39,823 bases of DNA, taken from a virus. Taxonomy: Duplodnaviria > Caudoviricetes. Within the stretch, counting starts at the first letter, position 1, and each line of letters opens with the position of its first letter. The notes beneath the pieces were generated by a model. That model was not told where the DNA came from and did no database searches. It saw only the letters and a program-made list of their open reading frames with translations. The stretch covers positions 1 to 39,823 of IMG/VR virus record IMGVR_UViG_3300035389_000048; one strand, given 5' to 3'. Positions 1 to 8,644 of this stretch are shown piece after piece. Made by a program: the position numbers and the translations under genes.

Positions 1-489
1 TATGACAGTGCACAGTTATTCACATTAATTGATAAGTTACGTGCTGCAGATGCAAGCCTAACTTTTTCTACAGATATTATGGTTGGATTTCCTGGCGAAA
101 CAGAAGAAGAATTGGCTGATTCTCAGAGGATGTTGAATTATCTTAAATGTACTGAAGCTTTTATGTATTTTTGGAATCCACGAGAGGGAACTCCTGCTAC
201 AAAAATGGAAGGACAACTTGAGCTATCCGTAAAGAAATCAAGATTGGCAGGTGTTATTGATCGTCAGCAGGTTATTTTTAATGAAGAAAAGACAAAGATG
301 GCCCATGGTGTTCACAAAGTACTTGTTACTAAGGTATCACGTGATGATGAAAATAAGTATTTAGGAAGAGGTGAACATAATGAAATGGTTGCTTTTACTC
401 ATAATAGTACAGTTAAATTTGATGATATAGCTAGTATTGAATATATAAGCGTTAAGGGTAATACAATACTTGGTCGACAGGTAGATTAA
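1..489 (+). CDS. miaB: MiaB-family methylthiotransferase (radical SAM end + TRAM domain), 5'-truncated by window
   Basis: Frame open from base 1; TDIMVGFPGETEEE, AFMYFWNPREGTPA and C-terminal TRAM-like segment ending GNTILG. Confidence 0.8.
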   Translation, partial: YDSAQLFTLIDKLRAADASLTFSTDIMVGFPGETEEELADSQRMLNYLKCTEAFMYFWNPREGTPATKMEGQLELSVKKSRLAGVIDRQQVIFNEEKTKMAHGVHKVLVTKVSRDDENKYLGRGEHNEMVAFTHNSTVKFDDIASIEYISVKGNTILGRQVD

Positions 490-505
490 ATACCACTCTA
501 ATATG

Positions 506-557
506 AAACATCTAGGAAATGGATTTGAATTAACAATCCAACCTAGATGTTTTTTTT
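506..557 (+). terminator. Rho-independent terminator after miaB
   Basis: AAACATCTAGG...CCTAGATGTTT stem followed by T-run. Confidence 0.75.
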
Positions 558-613
558 GTCTTGATAAGTTAATACATTGGTATTATTCTTTATAAATATA
601 AGAAGGGATAGTT

Positions 614-1396
614 GTGAATAATTTTGATAAAAATCTAATAGAATTGGAAAACTTAATAAAAAACTCTCATAGTACGGTGATCCTATCTGGTGCTGGAATA
701 TCCACCTTGAGTGGTATTCCTGATTTTAGATCCTCACATGGTATATACAGTGATAGCTGGAATAATATGAACGTTGAAGAAATATTAGATATTGGTTTCT
801 TTCGTCTTCATCCTGATGTATTTTATGCTTGGGCAAAAGACGTGTGGTATAAATTGGAAGATTATGAACCAAATATTGTTCACAAAACATTAGCAAAACT
901 TGAGAAAAAGGGATATCTTGATGGTATATTTACTCAAAATATAGATATGCTTCATACAAGAGCAGGTTCAAAAAAAGTCTATGAAGTTCATGGTAGTTCA
1001 AAACATCAGTATTGTACAAATTGTGGAGAGCATTATGATTATAAAGATATTGCACCGATAGTTCTTAAAGGGGAAGTTCCATATTGCAAAAGATGTGGTG
1101 GATTGATTAAACCGGATATTGTTTTTTATGGTGAGGGACTTAATAGTTCTACTCTAATGAGAGCAGATCACATGTTTAGTGATTGTGATTTATGCATTGT
1201 TTTAGGTTCTTCTTTGGTTGTGCAGCCAGCAGCTTCTTTTCCTTTACATACTGCAAGAGGTAATGGGAAGATAGTTATTGTAAATAAGCAGCCAACATCA
1301 CTTGATTCAGTTGCAACACTTCATTTTGATGATTTAAATCAGCTTTTTGAACCTTTAAGTAAATTTGCAGATGATTTAGTCAGTAAAAATAAATAA
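614..1396 (+). CDS. cobB: NAD-dependent protein deacylase (Sir2/CobB family)
   Basis: GAGISTLSGIPDFR, TQNID, HG, CxxC...CxxC zinc site, KPDIVFYGE, GSSLVVQPA. Confidence 0.93.
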   Translation: MNNFDKNLIELENLIKNSHSTVILSGAGISTLSGIPDFRSSHGIYSDSWNNMNVEEILDIGFFRLHPDVFYAWAKDVWYKLEDYEPNIVHKTLAKLEKKGYLDGIFTQNIDMLHTRAGSKKVYEVHGSSKHQYCTNCGEHYDYKDIAPIVLKGEVPYCKRCGGLIKPDIVFYGEGLNSSTLMRADHMFSDCDLCIVLGSSLVVQPAASFPLHTARGNGKIVIVNKQPTSLDSVATLHFDDLNQLFEPLSKFADDLVSKNK

Positions 1397-1450
1397 ATAT
1401 AATATTACTATGATATATATATAGTATCGTTTTAATACAAAATTAATATT

Positions 1451-1488
1451 AAACCCTCATGTATTAATATACATAAGAGGGCTTTTTT
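1451..1488. terminator. Terminator between convergent cobB and lipoprotein genes
   Basis: CCCTC-ATGTAT...ATACAT-AAGAGGG stem followed by T-run. Confidence 0.6.
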
Positions 1489-1529
1489 ATATCAAAACAC
1501 TAAATTATATAACTAATTGATACATTAGT

Positions 1530-2198
1530 CTAATTATCAGCTTTATATACATTTTCTAAAAATGCTTTAAGTTCTGAGGAATAATCCATATCATCAATAG
1601 TTAAAGATGCAGTGGCTAAGGTAACAGGGCCACTCATGTCTACGTAATAAGAAAATACGATATCATAAGTAGTATTATCTGTGGTAATTTTTAATCCATC
1701 GTTTGATGTTGAACTAATGGTTGGTCCAAAATTTCCTGCAGTCCAATTCAAATCACCATTTATCTCTACATCTCTAGTTGAGAAATAGAAAAAAAGGCTA
1801 TTAGCAAAAGTAGGGAAGGTTGTGCTTAAAACAAAGTCCTTTACCTCCCAATCCTTAAGTTCAATTTTAAAATTATCACCATCGAAGATTTTATGATAAA
1901 TTGTCTTCCATTGTGTAATAAAAGCGGTTGGATTTATTATTTCTTTAATCTTATAATCACCTAGAAACTGAGCAATAGGATTTGTATCAGGATCTGGTTC
2001 AATAATAAAGTGATCATCAGTTACAAAACGGTCACTTGCATAATAATTCTGATCCAGCACTGTTAAAGTATGTAAAACAACTGCCAAATCATTTTCATTC
2101 ACAGGGGTCTCTATACTAGATTTGCATGAAATAAGTAAACTTCCAATTATAAAACAAGTTAATATTGTTTTAATGACAACTCTCTTAGGATTTTTCAT
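1530..2198 (-). CDS. Putative lipoprotein of unknown function
   Basis: Likely start MKNPKR at 2198 after GGAAG; basic N-region, hydrophobic stretch, LLISC lipobox. Confidence 0.65.
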   Translation of the reverse strand: MKNPKRVVIKTILTCFIIGSLLISCKSSIETPVNENDLAVVLHTLTVLDQNYYASDRFVTDDHFIIEPDPDTNPIAQFLGDYKIKEIINPTAFITQWKTIYHKIFDGDNFKIELKDWEVKDFVLSTTFPTFANSLFFYFSTRDVEINGDLNWTAGNFGPTISSTSNDGLKITTDNTTYDIVFSYYVDMSGPVTLATASLTIDDMDYSSELKAFLENVYKADN

Positions 2199-2676
2199 TT
2201 TTCTTCCCTTTCCAATTCTTATGGATTTTATTTTGTTTTGATTATCTAAAAAGAATAACAAATTTATTATAGTCATACATTTTATGTAAAAGCAAGTAAT
2301 ATAACATAAAATGCATTAGTATAAATCTCACTTATGCGTTAATTTATCAATATTATTTTTTACAATTCTAGTTTTACTATTTGCTTTAGGTTGAAAAATA
2401 TCTATATCTAATTATTTAGAGTGCAAATTAAGAAAATTTTAAAATTTAAAATATATGTATTGAAATATTAATTTTCTAAATTTTATGTCTTTTCAATCTT
2501 TAATAATTGTACGAATGATATTTTTTTGATGAAATAAATCAAGTTTTATGTTATTATTTAATTATTAGTTAAACAAATATATCATCTATGTAATAGAATT
2601 ATTTAATTGGATAATTATGAATTTGTTAAACAATTACATTTTATGATTGTTTAAAATTTGGTAGGTGGGAAAATAA

Positions 2677-3420
2677 TTGAGTTATAGTTTAATATTAGTT
2701 GAAGATGAATTTATAATGCTTAAAGAACTAGAGATGATTGATTGGAAAAGCCTTAAGGTTGATTTGGTAGCAAAAGCTTCCAATGGTATTGAAGGTGAAA
2801 AGGTTATTGAAAAATACCATCCCGATATTGTTATTACAGATATAAGACTTCCAGGACAAGATGGACTTGAAATGCTATCAAAATTTTCTGATTTGAGATC
2901 AGTAATTCTTTCTGGATTCAGTGATTATAAATACATGAAGAAAGCCATTAAAATAGGTGTTGAAGATTACCTCTTAAAACCTGTAGATAATGATGAATTA
3001 TTGAAAACTATTTCCAATATTGTTAAAGAACTTGATTCTGAAAAATTACTTCAAGCAAAAGAAAATATTGAAAACGAAGTTGTTCCTCTTGAAAGGAATT
3101 TTAACAATCATTTGATAAACTCTGCTGTAAATTATATTAGTGAAAATTATAGCTCATCTATTGGTCTTCAGGAAGCAGCTGCAGCACTTAATGTCTCGGA
3201 AACACATCTTTCAAGATTGTTTAAAGAGGTATCTAAAGTTAATTTTCTTTATTATTTAAATGCTTTTAGAATCAATAAGAGTATATATCTTTTGAAAAAT
3301 TCAACAATTAATATTTCTGAAATTGCATTTAACTGTGGTTTTTTAAATCCTGGTTACTACACAAAAATCTTTAAAAGATTTTTGGGTATAACTCCTACTT
3401 CTTATAGAGAAAAATTATAA
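2677..3420 (+). CDS. Response regulator, REC + AraC HTH (YesN-like)
   Basis: LVEDE, DIVITDIRLP, DYLLKP; C-terminal AraC signature IAFNCGF..YYTKIFKRFLGITP. Confidence 0.9.
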   Translation: MSYSLILVEDEFIMLKELEMIDWKSLKVDLVAKASNGIEGEKVIEKYHPDIVITDIRLPGQDGLEMLSKFSDLRSVILSGFSDYKYMKKAIKIGVEDYLLKPVDNDELLKTISNIVKELDSEKLLQAKENIENEVVPLERNFNNHLINSAVNYISENYSSSIGLQEAAAALNVSETHLSRLFKEVSKVNFLYYLNAFRINKSIYLLKNSTINISEIAFNCGFLNPGYYTKIFKRFLGITPTSYREKL

Positions 3421-3480
3421 TAGAAAGAAATCAAATGATTAATAATGAACTGTACTTTTAAGGAGAACATTTTTAGTAAT

Positions 3481-5238
3481 ATGAAAAAGAAACCAACCCT
3501 ATTTAAACAGTTGTTTTTATATTTTGGAGTAATAATAGCAATTCCATCCTTAATTTTTGCAGCATATGCTCTAGTAACTGGTCAAATTCAATTAAATCGT
3601 GATATTAAAAATGAAGCTGAAATCAATATAGTAGATGATTTAGAGACCTTTTCTCAAATTATAGAGGAGTATCGTCATAAAACATATGAGATATCTAAAA
3701 ATGATAACTTGATTTCTCTTCTTTCAAAAAGCAAGGATGATGATAAAGATAGTAAAGGAATCTATTCCAAGTTATTTGATGTAATGAAGGGTGATACTTA
3801 TAAAGCTTCATTATCTGTTGTTTCAACAGATGGTTTGGTAAGGCTTTCAACTCACATATTTCCAAAAAGATATGATGTTAGATATTATAATACTGAATCA
3901 GATATTACAAACCCAATTACCTGGAATATTCCAAGTACTCAAACCTCGATTTCAATTATTAACAGATACATAAATGATACTGGAAATCAAATTGCATTAA
4001 CGTTTTTAAGAAATGTGTTTGATAAAAATGGTAAGAATCTTGGTTATGTTATTATTGATGTTTATGATGTGAGATTGAATAATTTAATTAACAAAAGAAA
4101 CTTCTTTGATGACACAATAGTTATCAACAAGAAAGAGTTCTATGCTGCATCTCTTACCGATTCATCAAGTTATGGAAATTTCTCTAAATTTTCATTTCTT
4201 TCTAAAAGACCAGAAAACCTTGAAACATCAAACATTATAAAGGATGAATATTTATATTCAATTAAGGAAGTTGTTAATACTGATTTAATTGTTATGGGTG
4301 TTATTGACTTGGCTCATTATAATGACAATTTTCTTTCTGTAATGAAGATTCTTTCAATTGCACTTATCATTGGTTTGCTCTTTGGTGTTATTCTTGCCTA
4401 TCATTTTTCTAGGAACATCTCAAAATCTATCAATAATGTTATTGATTCAATGCATAAGGTTGAAGAAGGAAATATGGCTATTGATATAAGAAGTCATGAT
4501 ATAAAAGAAATGGAAGAATTAAATGATAACTTTAACATGATGGTTGTACAACTTGTGAAACTTGTAAAGCATATTCAAGAAGATGATAGAAAATACGCAG
4601 AGTCTGAAATGAAATCACTTGAAGCACAGCTTAATCCTCATTTTTTATTTAATACCTTGAATACAATAAAAGCTCTTGCAAGGATAAATAACCAAGAGGA
4701 AATCTATGAAATAGCCATAAAACTTGGGACTTTACTTAGATCTAATCTAAATAATTCAAAGACTACAAGTACGGTTGATGAGAGTATTTCTCTTGTAAAT
4801 GATTATTTGACAATTCAAAAGATTCGTTTTGGAGAAAAACTTAAAGTAAGTTATGATGTTGATGACGAAATTGCTAATAATGTAATACCAAAACTTATAA
4901 TTCAACCTTTGGTTGAAAATGCAATAAACCATGGCCTTGAAACTAAAATGGGTGATTGGATAATTCATATCTCATGTAAGAAAATTGATGATAGAATAAT
5001 TATAAAGGTTCGTGATAATGGTGTAGGTTTGCCATCTGATTTTAACAGTGATTTTGCATCTTTTAAAAAAACCACTCATGTTGGTTTGTACAATATATAT
5101 AGAAGACTTATCATACATTATGAGGGTAAAATTAAATTTACTATAAACAACTGTGAAGATGAATTTACAGAAGCATTAATTTCACTTCCATTAACATCAA
5201 GGATAAATAACTTTAAAAGTAGTACAGAGAATGATTAA
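3481..5238 (+). CDS. Sensor histidine kinase (YesM/LytS-type)
   Basis: Two TM segments, HAMP, AQLNPHFLFNTLN, QPLVENAINHG, DNGVG; start at 3481 follows AGGAG (ORF open from 3445). Confidence 0.9.
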   Translation: MKKKPTLFKQLFLYFGVIIAIPSLIFAAYALVTGQIQLNRDIKNEAEINIVDDLETFSQIIEEYRHKTYEISKNDNLISLLSKSKDDDKDSKGIYSKLFDVMKGDTYKASLSVVSTDGLVRLSTHIFPKRYDVRYYNTESDITNPITWNIPSTQTSISIINRYINDTGNQIALTFLRNVFDKNGKNLGYVIIDVYDVRLNNLINKRNFFDDTIVINKKEFYAASLTDSSSYGNFSKFSFLSKRPENLETSNIIKDEYLYSIKEVVNTDLIVMGVIDLAHYNDNFLSVMKILSIALIIGLLFGVILAYHFSRNISKSINNVIDSMHKVEEGNMAIDIRSHDIKEMEELNDNFNMMVVQLVKLVKHIQEDDRKYAESEMKSLEAQLNPHFLFNTLNTIKALARINNQEEIYEIAIKLGTLLRSNLNNSKTTSTVDESISLVNDYLTIQKIRFGEKLKVSYDVDDEIANNVIPKLIIQPLVENAINHGLETKMGDWIIHISCKKIDDRIIIKVRDNGVGLPSDFNSDFASFKKTTHVGLYNIYRRLIIHYEGKIKFTINNCEDEFTEALISLPLTSRINNFKSSTEND

Positions 5239-5885
5239 AAAATGTTGTAATATTTTCTTACTACCTTGATTATCAATTCAGTTTGGGTACTAAAAATTAC
5301 TTGCAAAATAGCCTTTTAATACTCTAATTGCTGATCTTGTATTTTTATCATTAAACATAACTTCTTAAGCAGTTTTGAAATGATTAAATTAAGCTATTTT
5401 TCTATATATATATTTCCCTTTTGTTTAATTGAGGATGGCTATTATGAAAACACTCTGGATATCAAATAGCATAATACAATACTCTCGTTTATTAATTATT
5501 CCACAGTGGTTCTTTAGATTATCAATGGTTGAAGAAAGATTTTGTTCAAGTTGTAAAATCAACTATATAAGGTATCTTTTTGGCTATTCATTTAGCCTAA
5601 TAATATTATTTATTATTAGAAAAATAGTATCAACAGATTTTATATCAATTACTCTTTATAGTATAAATGTTGTTCTTTGATTTTTATAATTTCTATAAAA
5701 ATAATAAAGAGGTGCATATAAGTTGAATTTACCTCTTTTTTATAAAGGGACCTCAAGTTCTGTAGATGGAGGTTTTTTTGATTTTAATTTTGGTCTTTTA
5801 GAGGAATCCATTTACCTCTATCAAGTTTTTCGAATTACCTTTATATAATAAACCACAATGTATTTAAATTAATAATAGGAGCGCT

Positions 5886-5920
5886 AAAAAGGAGTTGATG
5901 ATTACATCAACTCCTTTTTT
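5886..5920 (+). terminator. Perfect hairpin terminator; probable group IIC intron target
   Basis: AAAAAGGAGTTGATG-ATTA-CATCAACTCCTTTTT. Confidence 0.9.
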
Positions 5921-5922
5921 AA

Positions 5923-6337
5923 GTTTGTCATGCATGTTTGATAACTAGGTGGTGCAATCCCACTGCGTGTACTCGGAGCTACTGGAAAGATGTAGTTATA
6001 ATCGCTAGCCAAGAGCAAGTGCGTTACTGTGAAGCTACGTGTGAAGGAAGCTGGAGGCGAGGTCTTGAGCCAACGTACAGAAATTTGTTTAGGCTTAATA
6101 TATGGATAAGTTAGCTTAATTTGATAAAGTCCATTCTGAGAGTATATTGAGTAAAGCAAATGGCTACATGAGATTAAGAAGCTATCAAACTTAACATGAG
6201 AGGACTAATCGTATGTGTCTGAGAGTCTGCAATATCGACCAAAACTAAAGACAAGCCCATGAGGTATGCAAGATTAGTAGTCAGCCGAGGTCATAGTAGT
6301 AAGTTGGAATCTTACGAAGGACTGAACAATTTATGCT
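5923..6337 (+). mobile_element. Group II intron, class C, ribozyme domains I-III (5' part)
   Basis: Starts GTTTG 2 nt after the terminator T-run; IIC-like motifs GCATG.TTGATAACTAGG.GGTG, CTAGCCAAG.GCAAG, GAAGGAAGCTGGAGGC; DI closure GTTTGATA(5936-43)/TATCAAAC(6183-90); DII ACTAATC/GATTAGT; DIII AGTCAGCCGAGGTCATAGTAG...GAAGGACTGAAC; GC-rich island. Confidence 0.85.
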
Positions 6338-6352
6338 TTTCAAAGAATGAAA
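6338..6352. repeat. attL core TTTCAAAGAATGAAA
   Basis: 14/15 match to 39687-39701; dyad TTTCA/TGAAA; lies where intron similarity stops. Confidence 0.7.
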
Positions 6353-6655
6353 TCTGTAATGGTAACACTTATGAATAATTTACGGAATAAATTACATATA
6401 TTAGTATAATAAAAGTGCATTTACTATAGCAAATAAAGTGTAACAGACTATTACACAAAATATTACAATAACTTACATTATATTATATTAAAATTTTCTG
6501 AGTTTGAAGTTTAGATTTTAGGGTTTTGAATTTCCCTTCTAGGAAGAAATAAGTTCCTTTTTTATTAGCTAAAAAGTAAACTTATAGTAAAAGATAATTG
6601 AATAATCACTTGCTTATTGTAATAGTATTTTATCTTATTTGTCTACATTTTTACG

Positions 6656-6688
6656 AAAAAAAGAAACCAAGTTAATGATTCCTTTCTT
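6656..6688 (-). terminator. Terminator ending the late operon
   Basis: Minus strand AGGAATCA-TTAACT-TGGTTTCT followed by T-run. Confidence 0.55.
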
Positions 6689-6723
6689 AATATGAATTGA
6701 TAGTTGAAGTTTAGAGAAGGGTA

Positions 6724-7152
6724 TTAATCAATTAGTACAATTAATGATAAAACTGAGACTCCAATTAGTACTCCACCAAGAAGTATATTATTCCAGTTTC
6801 TCAAGTTCAGTAATTCTTTTTCTTTCTTCGTCAATGAGAGATTGGATTCTACTAATTGAGTTTCCAAGCTCTCGACTTGTGGAGTTAATGTCTCCACTGT
6901 CAGCTCTAAGTTCGCTAACCGTATCTCTTGTTTCTGAGATTGAGTTTGTAAGTTCAGCGTTTGACTGTCTAATAGATTCAACTTGCTGTTCTGTGTTTCC
7001 AACTGTATCTCTAAGTTGTTCCACGTTGTTTCCATCGTATTCATTTCCAGACTGAGATTGTTTAGGAAGTCTAATTCTGTTGAAGCCGATAAGGGCAACA
7101 ATACCAGACAAGAAAGCAGTAAGATACTTCCAATTCTTTTTAAACCATTCAT
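6724..7152 (-). CDS. Spanin-like coiled-coil protein (N-terminal signal/possible lipobox, C-terminal TM)
   Basis: MNGLKRIGSILLLSC..., heptad-rich middle, hydrophobic C-terminus; overlaps 6788-7162 out of frame. Confidence 0.5.
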   Translation of the reverse strand: MNGLKRIGSILLLSCLVLLPLSASTELDFLNNLSLEMNTMETTWNNLEIQLETQNSKLNLLDSQTLNLQTQSQKQEIRLANLELTVETLTPQVESLETQLVESNLSLTKKEKELLNLRNWNNILLGGVLIGVSVLSLIVLID

Positions 7153-7162
7153 TCATTATCAC
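6788..7162 (-). CDS. i-spanin-like protein (N-terminal TM + coiled coil)
   Basis: WKYLTAFLSGIVALIGF TM then coiled coil; follows holin-like gene with AAGGAG RBS. Confidence 0.55.
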   Translation of the reverse strand: MIMNEWFKKNWKYLTAFLSGIVALIGFNRIRLPKQSQSGNEYDGNNVEQLRDTVGNTEQQVESIRQSNAELTNSISETRDTVSELRADSGDINSTSRELGNSISRIQSLIDEERKRITELEKLE

Positions 7163-7350
7163 TCCTTTTTTTCCTTCATCTTTTTCAATCCAGAGTTGAA
7201 TCCAATACTTGCTATAAGAGGAATATACATTGTGGAGAATCCTTTTATAAATGCTATGAATCCAATCATGTTGAAAGTTGTAATAAAACTTCCTACAAGA
7301 CCAACTCCGAAAATTATTAATATCATTGCCAGTGTTATATTTTTTGCCAT
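7159..7350 (-). CDS. Putative holin (2 TM, basic C-terminus)
   Basis: 63 aa, two hydrophobic helices, KKMKEKKE tail, lysis-module position. Confidence 0.55.
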   Translation of the reverse strand: MAKNITLAMILIIFGVGLVGSFITTFNMIGFIAFIKGFSTMYIPLIASIGFNSGLKKMKEKKE

Positions 7351-7351
7351 T

Positions 7352-7732
7352 TTAACATCCTATTGTTTTTGAGATAAATTCCCAAACTAATTTCCCAGCT
7401 ACTACGATTACACAACTTCCAACCAATGAAAATTTTATCCAATTCGCAAACTTGTAGTATCCATCTTTCTTGTGGCTGACAAATTCATAAGCCACTATCT
7501 TTTCTACTTTTGTTGGTAGTTCCTTTTCAATGTTGTCAACTTTCTTATCAACAGCATCGAACTTCTCTTCTAACCCAGAAATTTTTTTGTGAAGGTCAGA
7601 AAAGCCTGTATTCATATTTTTATTTAAATCATCCATCTTCTCTTCTAACCTCTCCATCATTAAACTAAACCTCTCGTTTATCTTTTCTATTTCTTTTGCA
7701 TTTTCTACAATTTTTATATCATTTTCATTCAT
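7352..7732 (-). CDS. Coiled-coil protein with C-terminal TM (XhlA/holin-like)
   Basis: N-terminal coiled coil plus one C-terminal hydrophobic helix; late motif upstream. Confidence 0.5.
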   Translation of the reverse strand: MNENDIKIVENAKEIEKINERFSLMMERLEEKMDDLNKNMNTGFSDLHKKISGLEEKFDAVDKKVDNIEKELPTKVEKIVAYEFVSHKKDGYYKFANWIKFSLVGSCVIVVAGKLVWEFISKTIGC

Positions 7733-7754
7733 TCAAAATCTTCCTTTAGTCTTA

Positions 7755-7764
7755 TAACAAGTGT
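7755..7764 (-). promoter_or_regulatory. Late-promoter-like motif ACACTTGTTA, copy 1
   Basis: Ends 23 nt before start at 7732. Confidence 0.7.
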
Positions 7765-7780
7765 GTTAGAAGAGCTTTTT

Positions 7781-8101
7781 CTAAAGAGTTGTGAACAGTA
7801 ATTGGTTAGCTGAAACGAACGGAATTGTGGTTTTTGTTATAGTCCCATCTTCGTTTGTTATAGATGATACAGTTTCGCTAACTGAATAAGTATAACTTCT
7901 ATAAATTCCGTATTCCTCTGGAATACTTAAATTTTCTGTTTCGTTTACTACAGAAATTGTATAAACAGAATTAACATTTAATCCTATTGTTTTATAATTT
8001 TGTTCTTTAATTGCTAATGTTAATTCGTTTCCGTTTAACAAAACTCTACTTAGTTCTAAATTAAGAACTTCTTCTCCGTCCTTTTTTACTAATAAATACA
8101 T
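7781..8101 (-). CDS. Hypothetical tail-fibre-associated protein
   Basis: 106 aa ORF with GGAG RBS downstream of tail genes. Confidence 0.55.
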   Translation of the reverse strand: MYLLVKKDGEEVLNLELSRVLLNGNELTLAIKEQNYKTIGLNVNSVYTISVVNETENLSIPEEYGIYRSYTYSVSETVSSITNEDGTITKTTIPFVSANQLLFTTL

Positions 8102-8110
8102 TTTTTTCTC

Positions 8111-8632
8111 CTATAATGTTGTTATATAATGCTCGTTTAATTTTGTAGCACTTAATTCTGAACCATGAATTCTACTTCCAGTTGAACTATATTCAACTAG
8201 TTCATGTTGTGATATTGCACTCATTGGATATCCATAAACAGCAATATCCATATGTTCGCCACCAGCTTTGTTAATTTGCTGTATAGTGAATTTATACCAG
8301 CCCGAAGCTGGCAACAAACTTCCATCAAGATAATAGGTTATATAATCTTGATGCCCAGACCATTGTTTTGAAAATAATAATGTTCCAGTTGTTCCACTAG
8401 AATTACTTTGATATAATTTCACATAGTGATATGAACCAACTCCAAACCAGCCATCCAAAGCATGCATATACAATTTTGCTATATGCGTATTTGAACTGGC
8501 TGGTTTGTGCATGTATCTAACAATTGTTTCTGTATCATTTTCGTTATTACCTATGTATTGCGTATTACTTGCAACATAATTTTCACTATTTAATTTTGAT
8601 GCTGAGATTTCATCTCCTACATTCCATGCCAT
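8111..8632 (-). CDS. Putative receptor-binding/tail tip accessory protein
   Basis: N-terminal WNVGDEISASKLN resembles phage fibre attachment motifs; aromatic beta-rich core. Confidence 0.5.
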   Translation of the reverse strand: MAWNVGDEISASKLNSENYVASNTQYIGNNENDTETIVRYMHKPASSNTHIAKLYMHALDGWFGVGSYHYVKLYQSNSSGTTGTLLFSKQWSGHQDYITYYLDGSLLPASGWYKFTIQQINKAGGEHMDIAVYGYPMSAISQHELVEYSSTGSRIHGSELSATKLNEHYITTL

Positions 8633-8644
8633 TCCTTTTCTCCT

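Noticed and set aside
5429-5680. 83-aa ORF after the kinase
   Set aside because: TTG start, no clear RBS, no recognisable motif
5902-6159. 85-aa minus-strand ORF
   Set aside because: Antisense to the structured intron RNA; the intron explains the GC-rich sequence
5923-6337. tmRNA, RNase P or riboswitch as the integration target
   Set aside because: No tRNA-like ends or RNase P signature seen; motifs and pairings fit group IIC DI-DIII
6744-7372. Plus-strand ORFs over the lysis module
   Set aside because: Antisense shadows of two overlapping coding frames
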